A stretch of 32,000 nt of DNA from Chloroflexota bacterium (GTDB taxonomy: Bacteria; Chloroflexota; Anaerolineae; UBA2200). The notes below the pieces were generated by a model. That model made no database searches. It was not told where the DNA came from and worked only from the letters and a program-made list of their open reading frames with translations. Shown here piece after piece: positions 1 through 8,102 of this stretch. The stretch's first letter is position 1. Every line of letters begins with the position of its first letter. The translations under genes were made by a program, and so were the position numbers. The stretch lies in assembly GCA_014360755.1 (NCBI GenBank), contig JACIWX010000001.1:640441-672440 (forward strand). The letters run 5' to 3'.

Positions 1-1
1 G

Positions 2-928
2 GACGAGGTCTTTGCCATCAGCGAGCGGGTAACGGTGTTGCGCCAAGGGAAAGTAGTAGCCACGCTGGAAACAGCACAGACGGATAAGACAAGCCTTGCG
101 CGTCTGATGGTCGGGCGGGATGTGATCTTCCGGCTGGAGAAAAAGCCCGCTCAGCCAGGCGAAGTAGTGCTGCGTGTAGAGGCGCTGCACGTGTTGGATG
201 ACCGACGCTTGCCAGCAGTCAAGGGGGTATCCCTGACCGTTTCGGCTGGTGAAATACTGGGCATTGCTGGCGTAGCTGGTAATGGCCAGCGAGAATTGGT
301 TGAGGCACTGGTTGGGTTGCGAAAAAGCCAACGAGGCCGCGTCTTTCTCAAAGGCCAAGAGGTAACAAACCAACCTCCACGCGCCTTGATTGAGCAAGGA
401 GTTTGTTATATCCCTGGCGAACGCGCAATGGGCTTGGCTCCCGGGTTGAGTGTGGCAGAGAATCTCATCTTGAAGGATTACTGCCAGGAGCCGTTTGCGC
501 GGGGAGCATTTCTCGACTATGCGGTCATCAATGCCCATGCAAATCGCCTGGTTGACCAATACTCTGTAACGACTCCAAGTCCAGCAACACCCGTCAAACT
601 GCTCTCCGGTGGCAACATCCAGCGGGTAATTCTGGCTCGTGAAACGTGCCAATCTCCCACCCTATTGATCGCTGCGTATCCAACCAGTGGCCTAGATGTA
701 GGCGCTACTGAATATATCCGACAGCTTATCCTCCAACAACGCGACCAAGGAACCGCGGTGCTATTGGTCTCCGAGGATTTGGAAGAGATCCTGCAACTCA
801 GCGACCGCATCGCGGTGATGTTTGAAGGCGAGATCATGGGCATCTTGCCCGCTCACCAGGCAGATTTAGGAACGATCGGCATGATGATGGCTGGCGCCCA
901 GAGAATTCCTATGTCGGAGGCGGCATGA
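2..928 (+). CDS. ABC transporter ATP-binding protein, 5'-truncated by the window edge (C-terminal part of a two-domain CUT2/BMP sugar-nucleoside type ATPase)
   Basis: The frame is open from base 2 (DEVFAISERVTVLRQGK, typical end of a first ABC domain). The second domain has a degenerate Walker A (GEILGIAGVAGNGQRELV), signature LSGGNIQRV and Walker B LLIAAYPTSGLDV. The stop at 926-928 overlaps the next start (ATGA). Confidence 0.85.
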   Translation, partial: DEVFAISERVTVLRQGKVVATLETAQTDKTSLARLMVGRDVIFRLEKKPAQPGEVVLRVEALHVLDDRRLPAVKGVSLTVSAGEILGIAGVAGNGQRELVEALVGLRKSQRGRVFLKGQEVTNQPPRALIEQGVCYIPGERAMGLAPGLSVAENLILKDYCQEPFARGAFLDYAVINAHANRLVDQYSVTTPSPATPVKLLSGGNIQRVILARETCQSPTLLIAAYPTSGLDVGATEYIRQLILQQRDQGTAVLLVSEDLEEILQLSDRIAVMFEGEIMGILPAHQADLGTIGMMMAGAQRIPMSEAA

Positions 929-2013
929 ACAATTGGCCACACTTCCGACTAGAAAAACGGCTGACTGTCCCGCCGTGGTTAGAATTCCTGACTTTGGCTG
1001 TTTCTTTGCTCCTGGCGCTAGTGGCGATCGCGGTGCTCTTTCGTGTGTTGGGCGTTAACCCGATTGTGGCTTATCAGCGCATTTTCCGCGGCGCCTTCGG
1101 CAGCCTCTATGGGCTTTCTGAGACGATCGTCAAGGCTATCCCCCTCATGATGTGTGGCATTGGGCTATCCTTAGCCTTTCGCGCACGGGTGTATAACATC
1201 GGTGCAGAAGGGCAATTGCTCGTAGGGGCAATCTGTGCGACCGGTCTAGCCCTATCGCGTCCTGATTGGCCATCCTGGGCCCTTCGCCCTGCAATGTTCT
1301 TGGTCGGTTTTATAGGAGGAGCACTGTGGGCACTGATCCCTGCCTTGCTCAAAGCGCGGTTTCGGGTAGATGAAACGCTCAGCAGCCTGATGATGGTATA
1401 TATTGCCAGCGAATTAGTGAATTACCTGGTCTATGGCCCGTGGAAGGGAGCCAAAGAAATGGGATTCCCTTACACAGATAAATTCTCGCCCTCTGCCCAA
1501 CTTCCGCGTTTGCTCAATACGCGCATTCACTATCCAACCCTTATCCTAGCCCTGGTGCTGGCCGTACTGGCATACGTGCTTATCCAACGAACTAAATGGG
1601 GCTTTGAGATCCGCGTTACAGGTGAGAACCCTGAGGCTGCACGCTATGCGGGCATGAACTATTTCAAGACCGTGCTCCTGGTTATGCTGCTTAGCGGGGG
1701 GATGGCTGGCTTGGCTGGCGTAGGCGAGGTTGCAGGCATCCATTATCGGTTGCGCTATCCACAAGGGATTTCTCCTGGCTATGGCTTCACCGCTATCATT
1801 GTTACCTGGCTAGCTCGCCTCAACCCATTGTTGGTCATCATATCCGCTTTGCTGTTAGGGGGCTTGTTGGTAGGCGGGGACGCCATCCAAGTAGCGTTAG
1901 GGCTGCCGGTAGCCACAATCTATATCTTCAACGGCGTGATTCTGCTCTTTGTGCTGGGGAGCGACCTTTTCACGCACTACAAAATCCGCCTGGAATGGAG
2001 GCGAGAAAGATGA
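925..2013 (+). CDS. ABC transporter permease (BMP/CUT2 family, YufP/NupB-like)
   Basis: The ATG at 925 forms an ATGA overlap with the upstream stop, and GGAGG lies just upstream. The 362-aa polytopic membrane protein sits directly after the ABC ATPase and before a second permease. Confidence 0.8.
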   Translation: MNNWPHFRLEKRLTVPPWLEFLTLAVSLLLALVAIAVLFRVLGVNPIVAYQRIFRGAFGSLYGLSETIVKAIPLMMCGIGLSLAFRARVYNIGAEGQLLVGAICATGLALSRPDWPSWALRPAMFLVGFIGGALWALIPALLKARFRVDETLSSLMMVYIASELVNYLVYGPWKGAKEMGFPYTDKFSPSAQLPRLLNTRIHYPTLILALVLAVLAYVLIQRTKWGFEIRVTGENPEAARYAGMNYFKTVLLVMLLSGGMAGLAGVGEVAGIHYRLRYPQGISPGYGFTAIIVTWLARLNPLLVIISALLLGGLLVGGDAIQVALGLPVATIYIFNGVILLFVLGSDLFTHYKIRLEWRRER

Positions 2014-2936
2014 TCGTGGAATTCATTCTGTTGGTACTGAAAGCCGCTATTCCAGCTGGAACACCTCTCCTGTTTGGCACCCTTGGTGAAGTTACTGCCG
2101 AACGTTCTGGGGTGTTAAATCTGGGTGTGGAAGGGATGATGATTGTTGGAGCAGTAACCGCTTTTGGTGTGACATACACCACAGGAAACATCTGGCTTGG
2201 CCTAGCGGCAGCCGCGCTTGCGGGAAGTTTACTGGCATTGGTACACGCTTTCGCTAGTATCACCCTGCGCGTCAATCAGGTCGTCTCTGGCCTAGCCTTA
2301 ACCATGCTGGGGTTGGGTGTGAGCGGCTTGGTGGGCAAGCGGTTCATCGGTATGCCACCACGTACAAGATTGGCTCCATTGACCTTACCTGGATTGAGCG
2401 ATCTACCCGTCATTGGCCCGCTGTTTTTCCGTTATGACCCCATGGTGTACCTGGCGATCATCCTAGCGCTTGTCCTATGGTTCATGATGTACAAAACGCG
2501 CTGGGGTATCACTCTTCGCTCCGTAGGTGAAAGTCCAGCTACTGCTGATGCGCTGGGCGTTCCTGTTTTCCGGGTGCGCTACCTGGCCGTCCTATTTGGA
2601 GGGTTGATGGCTGGTTTGGGTGGGGCTTATCTATCCGTGGTCTACACCACCGCCTGGATAGAAGGCATGACCGCCGGCGCTGGTTGGATTGTGATTGCCT
2701 TGACCATTTTCGCGATGTGGGACCCTGTGCGTGCTATGCTGGGTGCCTATCTCTTTGGTGGTGTGCGGGTCCTACAGTACCGTTTGCAACCCCTCGGTAT
2801 TTCGCCTAACCTGCTTAACATGTTGCCATTCATTTTCACCATCCTCGTCTTGATGCTCAGCACTGGCGAAGTCATACGCCGCCGTGTTGGTGCACCGGCA
2901 GCGCTAATGCAGCCATATACGAGAGAGGAACGATAG
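2010..2936 (+). CDS. ABC transporter permease (BMP/CUT2 family, YufQ/NupC-like)
   Basis: The ORF opens at 1995. The ATG at 2010 has GGAGG (1997-2001) 8 nt upstream and an ATGA overlap with the upstream stop, so 2010 is preferred. The product is a 308-aa polytopic membrane protein. Confidence 0.8.
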   Translation: MIVEFILLVLKAAIPAGTPLLFGTLGEVTAERSGVLNLGVEGMMIVGAVTAFGVTYTTGNIWLGLAAAALAGSLLALVHAFASITLRVNQVVSGLALTMLGLGVSGLVGKRFIGMPPRTRLAPLTLPGLSDLPVIGPLFFRYDPMVYLAIILALVLWFMMYKTRWGITLRSVGESPATADALGVPVFRVRYLAVLFGGLMAGLGGAYLSVVYTTAWIEGMTAGAGWIVIALTIFAMWDPVRAMLGAYLFGGVRVLQYRLQPLGISPNLLNMLPFIFTILVLMLSTGEVIRRRVGAPAALMQPYTREER

Positions 2937-2984
2937 TTCGCGCACAAGCGCGATGGAATTTCGAAAAATGAAAGGAGGGCACAA

Positions 2985-4013
2985 TTGCCCGCAACAAAAC
3001 CATCGCTCGATGAATGGGGCAGGCTCTATCAGGCTGCGAGTCGCGTGAAACAAACTGCGCCTTGGGAGTGGATGGAAGAAACTGACGTCTTTGGTGTGCA
3101 AGATCCCGAAACGGGGGAGATGGGCTTTGTCAGTGTGATGGGCGCATTGGGTCAGCACCTAGCCATTGCCGTGTACTTAGGTGCCCAAGGGTTATACAGC
3201 TTCTGGGCATTTCAGCAACTGGCAGATCAGGTACCTGCAGAAGCATTGCTTGGCATCCCCCAACTCCAGGCTTCTTTCGAAAACCGCACTGATTTGAGCA
3301 AGGAGGATCGCCAAACGATCAAAGCCCTAGGACTCAAATTCCGCGGACGACAGTCCTGGCCACAGTTTCGCAGCTTTCGCCCCGGCTTTCTTCCCTGGTA
3401 TTTGGAGGCGTGGGAAGCACGCTTCCTAACCCATGTGTTGGAACAAGTGGTAGAGGTAGCACTGCAATTCAAAGAGAACCCCACCTTGTTGGACACAGAA
3501 AATGAGGAGGACTACTTGGTACGCTTGCCGCGGCAGGAGGAAGGCAAGCTGGTATGGGAAGGTCAAGTCCTGCCAGTCCCACCCCCTGAACCTACACCTA
3601 TCAGGATCGCCTTGGATCTTGACCTGCTTGAGAAGATGAAGCAACTCCCACAAAGTAACCTTGTGCTTGAAGTGGACCTCTTCGCAATGCCAACGCCCAT
3701 GGGAGAGCAAGATCAGCGCCCGTACTTTCCTTGCATGTTGTTAATAGTAGACAGCGAAAGTGGCTTGGTTTTGGGTAGTGAACTGCTTACCCCTGAGGAA
3801 GGCTTAGAAACAATGTGGGGGGTAATTCCACTGATGTTGCTCTACCAGCTTGCCCAAGCCGAGATTGTGCCACAACAAATCAACGTGCGCTCGCTGCTGC
3901 TCAGTCAACTGCTTCAGCCATTGGCTGACCAGTTGGGGTTCGAAATCAAGGGGAAACCAACACTGCGCAGCCTGAATCGAGCGAAAGAATTCTTCTTAGA
4001 GCGATTTGTCTAG
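2985..4013 (+). CDS. Hypothetical protein (342 aa, soluble, no domain recognised)
   Basis: Long ORF with a TTG start 5 nt after AAAGGAGGG (2971-2979). Codon usage is consistent with its neighbours. I could assign no catalytic or binding motif. Confidence 0.7.
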   Translation: MPATKPSLDEWGRLYQAASRVKQTAPWEWMEETDVFGVQDPETGEMGFVSVMGALGQHLAIAVYLGAQGLYSFWAFQQLADQVPAEALLGIPQLQASFENRTDLSKEDRQTIKALGLKFRGRQSWPQFRSFRPGFLPWYLEAWEARFLTHVLEQVVEVALQFKENPTLLDTENEEDYLVRLPRQEEGKLVWEGQVLPVPPPEPTPIRIALDLDLLEKMKQLPQSNLVLEVDLFAMPTPMGEQDQRPYFPCMLLIVDSESGLVLGSELLTPEEGLETMWGVIPLMLLYQLAQAEIVPQQINVRSLLLSQLLQPLADQLGFEIKGKPTLRSLNRAKEFFLERFV

Positions 4014-4910
4014 AGGAGTCGAGTTTGGGCTGCTCCCTGCCGGCAATTTTCTACTCCTCCTGCGCCGCCAGAACAGCCAAAGCGCAACAAAGGGGAGCAA
4101 AACTAGGCACGCCACAGGCAAAATATACAAGATAATCCAAATCACAGCGTCCACTAGGAAACGCAGCGTCTGCACCAGAGCACGGAGTGCTCCAGCCACC
4201 GTTTCAGAAGGCCGCCAGCCAGTGCCGGCAATGGGCCTGGCCAGCACATCGGGGATTAACTCGATGGTTACCGCCGACATTGCAGAGGTTCTCTCTAGAT
4301 ACTGCATCCGCCCCTTCAGTTGCTCGATCTGTCCGCGTATCTGTGTCAGCTCACGGTGCACTGCCAGAATATCCTCTGCTTTGCCTGTTTTCTCACGGAC
4401 TGTGCGCAGTAGTTCGAGAAGCTCTTGTTCCGTTGCCTCCAGGTTGCGCAGTTGTGCGCTGAGGTCAGAATACTCCTCCGTTACATCCTGGCTGCTGCCA
4501 CTTTCACGCTCCACCTTTACCGCAATACCCTTGAAACGGCTCAATGCTTCATCCAGTGCCTCGGCAGGCACACGCACAGTAATAGACCCTCGTAGCTGAT
4601 CCTGATCGCGCCACAACCTCACATTCACCACATAACCGCCCAGCGTGCTGACAATCCCCTTGATCTGCGCTACGCTCTCCTCCGTATCCTTGACCACCAG
4701 GGAAAGCTCTGCCGTGCGCACGATCATCCGCTCCTCATTAGACACCGGGCTGACTCCTGCTCCGGTGTCCCCTCTTCCTCCCTCCATGCCGACGGAGTAG
4801 GGCAATGGCGCAGGAGTAGGGACAGAGACGCTGCTCTTCGGCGCACAGGACCCAAGAAGCAAGGCTAACAATAAGATACAAATCATGCTCCATAACTTGA
4901 TGATTTTCAT
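3996..4910 (-). CDS. DUF4349-like lipoprotein
   Basis: The ORF extends to 4985, but the ATG at 4910 has GGAGGA upstream and starts a lipoprotein signal peptide (MKIIKLWSMICILLLALLLGSC, lipobox LLGSC). The mature part has the DUF4349-style layout: MIVRTAELSLVVKD, a coiled-coil segment and a C-terminal TM helix. Confidence 0.75.
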   Translation of the reverse strand: MKIIKLWSMICILLLALLLGSCAPKSSVSVPTPAPLPYSVGMEGGRGDTGAGVSPVSNEERMIVRTAELSLVVKDTEESVAQIKGIVSTLGGYVVNVRLWRDQDQLRGSITVRVPAEALDEALSRFKGIAVKVERESGSSQDVTEEYSDLSAQLRNLEATEQELLELLRTVREKTGKAEDILAVHRELTQIRGQIEQLKGRMQYLERTSAMSAVTIELIPDVLARPIAGTGWRPSETVAGALRALVQTLRFLVDAVIWIILYILPVACLVLLPFVALWLFWRRRRSRKLPAGSSPNSTPLDKSL

Positions 4911-4994
4911 CGCTATATCCTCCTGCCTGGCACTTCTCTCATTCGACTCATCATGAAAACGCGGATGGCAAGGATAAAGTTCCATCCTGGTAGG

Positions 4995-5750
4995 TCACCA
5001 GCCAAACGATAGGCGGGTGGCCAAGCGCGGCGGCAACTTTAGGGTAGCCATTAATCTTTGCGTCTCCTCGATAGGGTACTCTACCCTCCGTAGTTCAATG
5101 GTATTTGCCTCTTTGTCAAGGATCATATAGCTGGCGCGTGGATCACCATCGCGGGGCTGCCCTACTCCGCCTGGGTTAATCAACAAACGTTGCTCCCCAA
5201 TGGGCACAGGTTCATTGGGCTCCAGAAGGAATGCATCACAAGTCCGTTGCGATCCAGTGAAAGCATAGACTACAGGTACATGCGTGTGGCCAAACAAGCA
5301 ATACGTGGTATCAAAATGGGCAAAATTCGCTGCAGCCACAAATTGATGCGTGATATACTCCCAAATGGGATAGCGTGGACTGCCATGGACGATGGTAAAG
5401 TTATCCTCAACCAACTTTTCCGGCAAACTTTCAATAAATTCCCAATTGCTCGGGGTGAGCTGCTCTCTTGTCCAAAGACAAGCCTGGCGGGCATCGGGAT
5501 TGAAGGAGGAGATATCGAGTTTATTGATTGACGCCCAATCATGGTTGCCAGCCACACAAATATGCGGCAGTTCCTTCAGCCGCTCAATGCATTCATTGGG
5601 CTGTGGCCCATAGCCAATGACATCGCCCAGACACCACACTTTGTCAAACGGACCTGCATCAGCCAGCACTGCTTCAAAAGCAGCTAGGTTGCTGTGGATG
5701 TCAGATAGAATGAGATAGCGCACGATCGTGTTCCTTTCCCGTATGGTCAA
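4995..5750 (-). CDS. Metallophosphoesterase family protein (YfcE/MJ0936-like)
   Basis: Calcineurin-like phosphoesterase motifs are present: LILSDIHSN, CLGDVIGYG, VAGNHD, GHTH. The TTG start at 5750 has GGAGA 5 nt upstream. An alternative GTG start at 5723 (MRYLILSDIH) is also plausible. Confidence 0.85.
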   Translation of the reverse strand: MTIRERNTIVRYLILSDIHSNLAAFEAVLADAGPFDKVWCLGDVIGYGPQPNECIERLKELPHICVAGNHDWASINKLDISSFNPDARQACLWTREQLTPSNWEFIESLPEKLVEDNFTIVHGSPRYPIWEYITHQFVAAANFAHFDTTYCLFGHTHVPVVYAFTGSQRTCDAFLLEPNEPVPIGEQRLLINPGGVGQPRDGDPRASYMILDKEANTIELRRVEYPIEETQRLMATLKLPPRLATRLSFGW

Positions 5751-5829
5751 ATCGTTCTCCCAATATTACTACAATTTGCTTTCTTCCCCCAAGTTGTGCA
5801 AAAGTTGACAAAATAAATAGAATATATCC

Positions 5830-6780
5830 ATGTATGCTGCCGGCATCGCGCTACTGACGACAAGTGTCCTCTTTATTCTGGCGATCGCATGCACCGCGCT
5901 ATACGGAGCGCGCCGCCTCATCCATCCCAAGCGCACTATGGTCGGAGGCACGCCTTCCGACTACGGGTTGCCCTATGAAAATGTCTCCTTTCCCAGCCTG
6001 GATGGAATCGCCCTCCGTGGGTGGCTTGTACCAGCTCCCAACCCTCGTGGTGCCGTCATCTTCTGCCACGGCTATGCCGGCAGCAAGGCTCCCGATTTGC
6101 AATACGTCCCTCAGTTTCGTGCATGCGGATACCATGTCCTCCTCTTTGATTTCCGTGCGCACGGCGAAAGCGATGGCAATAGGAGCTCGTTAGTTTATTT
6201 CGAGCGCCAGGACTTGCTAGGTGCGATTGCTTACCTCCAACAAAAGGGCATACACCAAGTTGGGTTACTAGGTTTTTCTATGGGCGCGGCGGTAGCGATC
6301 GCTACCGCACCGCTGAGTGAAGCAGTGCGTGCCGTGATAGCTGACAGTGGATTCGCTGAATTGAAGACCATCCTCGCCACATATATGCAAAATAAGGGGA
6401 TGCCACGCGCTCTTGCTTCCCCTATGTCTAGATTAATCGTCTGGACAGCTGGACAATGCCTAGGCTGTTCGCTGCCAGAAAGCGACCCATTGCGTTGGGT
6501 CAGTCGCCTTGCTCCGCGACCCTTGTTCCTTATCCATGGCGAACGGGATCGCAGCATCCCGGTAAGCGACGCCTATCGTCTGTACGAAGCAGCCAGCCAA
6601 CCCAAAGAGCTATGGATTGCCCCGGGAGCAGACCACCGCTGCATAGACCAGCTTTACCCCAATGAGTATATAACTAGAGTACTTGCCTTCTTCGACAAGT
6701 GGCTGACACCACAACCTGTCGCATACGGAACACGGAGCACGCAACACATAACCCAATCAAAGGAGGACTCATCACAATGA
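5830..6780 (+). CDS. Alpha/beta hydrolase with N-terminal membrane anchor
   Basis: N-terminal hydrophobic helix, HGYAGSK oxyanion-type region, nucleophile elbow GFSMGAAVA (GxSxG), and later HGERD and GADH. There is no Shine-Dalgarno sequence in the 20 nt upstream of the ATG. Confidence 0.8.
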   Translation: MYAAGIALLTTSVLFILAIACTALYGARRLIHPKRTMVGGTPSDYGLPYENVSFPSLDGIALRGWLVPAPNPRGAVIFCHGYAGSKAPDLQYVPQFRACGYHVLLFDFRAHGESDGNRSSLVYFERQDLLGAIAYLQQKGIHQVGLLGFSMGAAVAIATAPLSEAVRAVIADSGFAELKTILATYMQNKGMPRALASPMSRLIVWTAGQCLGCSLPESDPLRWVSRLAPRPLFLIHGERDRSIPVSDAYRLYEAASQPKELWIAPGADHRCIDQLYPNEYITRVLAFFDKWLTPQPVAYGTRSTQHITQSKEDSSQ

Positions 6781-8054
6781 AAAGGATCCGCTTCCTGGAT
6801 TACTTCAACCTAAGTGTCTATTGGTTCGCCCTCTCTTACCTGTGGAACAGCATGGGACCTATCATCTTGCCCAATCTCATTGCCCCGCCGATGGTAGACG
6901 AGGCGATCAAGGGCTCAGCCTTGGGGTTGCTCAGCGCCGCTGGCCTGATTATTGCCATCATCGTACAACCGGTAGCTGGATTCATCAGCGACCGCAGCAC
7001 CTCTCGCTTTGGCCGCCGGCGTCCTTACCTCTTGGTCGGCACGCTTTTTGACCTGATCTTCCTGCTGGGCATTGCGCTCTCTACAAAATACTGGTTCTTA
7101 TTCCTCAGTTACATCCTGCTGCAGGTCTCATCCAATGTAGCACATGGTCCATACCAGGGCCTTATCCCGGATTTGGTTCCCGAAGAACGCCGTGGTACCG
7201 CCTCAGGCGTCAAGCAATTTGCTGAGATCGTGGGCATCATTGTTACTTCGCTAGCCACTGCAGCATTGATGGCTAAGGGTCAGACCCTGCTGGCGATTGG
7301 CGTCATCATGGCTGTGCTCACCGTAACGATGCTTATCACGGTCATCGGGGTGCGCGAGGAGCCGCTCCGGGATGCGCCAAAGCAGTCATTGCGCGAAACG
7401 ATGCTGGACACCTTCAAGGTAGATCCCCGCAGATACCCCGATTACTTTTGGCTGCTCCTATCGCGCTTGTTCGTCGTCATGGGCATGAATTTGGTGCGCA
7501 ACTATGTGCTCTATTTTGTCGCTGATGTGGTGATTGGACCAGAAGTGCCCTATGCGGAACGCCTGGCGCAAGCCAATAACCTGAGCGGCAGTCTATTAGC
7601 CATCATTGCCGTCGCTATTGCCATGACTGCACTGCCCACTGGCGTGCTTTCTGATCGCCTGGGCAAAAAGCTGCTGGTGCTCCTTTCCAGCATCCTGGGA
7701 GCATTGGGCGCCTTTCTTATGGTCTTTGCCAACGGTCGCACCCTCTTCACGCTTGGGGGCTTCCCCCTCATGGACATCCTTATCTTCGGCAGCCTCATTG
7801 GCTTGTCCGCCGGCATCTTTCTCAGTGCAAACTGGGCATTGGCTACAGACCTTATTCCGAAAGAAGAGGGAGGACGCTATCTGGGCATCTCTAACTTAGC
7901 CACAGCCGGGGCAGGGGTGCTCGCCGGCATTGGTGGGCCGATCCGTGATTTTCTAGGGTATACGGCGCTGTTTTTGAGCGCCTGTCTGTGTTACGTGTTG
8001 GGTACCCTGTTACTGGCAAAGGTGCACGAACACCCCAGTTCCACAAAGGCATAA
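6777..8054 (+). CDS. MFS-type transporter (GPH-like)
   Basis: The ORF opens at 6699. The ATG at 6777 has AGGAGG (6761-6766) upstream and an ATGA overlap with the upstream stop. The product has about 12 hydrophobic helices and the SDRSTSRFGRRRPYLL loop motif typical of MFS/GPH carriers. Confidence 0.8.
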   Translation: MKRIRFLDYFNLSVYWFALSYLWNSMGPIILPNLIAPPMVDEAIKGSALGLLSAAGLIIAIIVQPVAGFISDRSTSRFGRRRPYLLVGTLFDLIFLLGIALSTKYWFLFLSYILLQVSSNVAHGPYQGLIPDLVPEERRGTASGVKQFAEIVGIIVTSLATAALMAKGQTLLAIGVIMAVLTVTMLITVIGVREEPLRDAPKQSLRETMLDTFKVDPRRYPDYFWLLLSRLFVVMGMNLVRNYVLYFVADVVIGPEVPYAERLAQANNLSGSLLAIIAVAIAMTALPTGVLSDRLGKKLLVLLSSILGALGAFLMVFANGRTLFTLGGFPLMDILIFGSLIGLSAGIFLSANWALATDLIPKEEGGRYLGISNLATAGAGVLAGIGGPIRDFLGYTALFLSACLCYVLGTLLLAKVHEHPSSTKA

Positions 8055-8102
8055 GGACTGATATAGGCATTGTTGATATGCAGCTTGCCTACCAGGGTCA
8101 GC

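Noticed and set aside
151-2947. Several minus-strand ORFs of 66-108 aa overlapping the ABC ATPase and permease genes
   Set aside because: All are antisense to well-supported, translationally coupled ABC transporter genes. None has a recognisable RBS or motif.
4006-4599. Plus-strand ORF of 197 aa, with a nested 91-aa ORF
   Set aside because: It is antisense to the DUF4349-like lipoprotein gene, which has a signal peptide, lipobox and RBS. The plus-strand product is Ser/Arg-rich with no motifs.
8055-8102. An expected bidirectional terminator between the convergent MFS and TIR genes
   Set aside because: Only 4-bp complementary segments were found, with no stable GC-rich stem and no T-tract.
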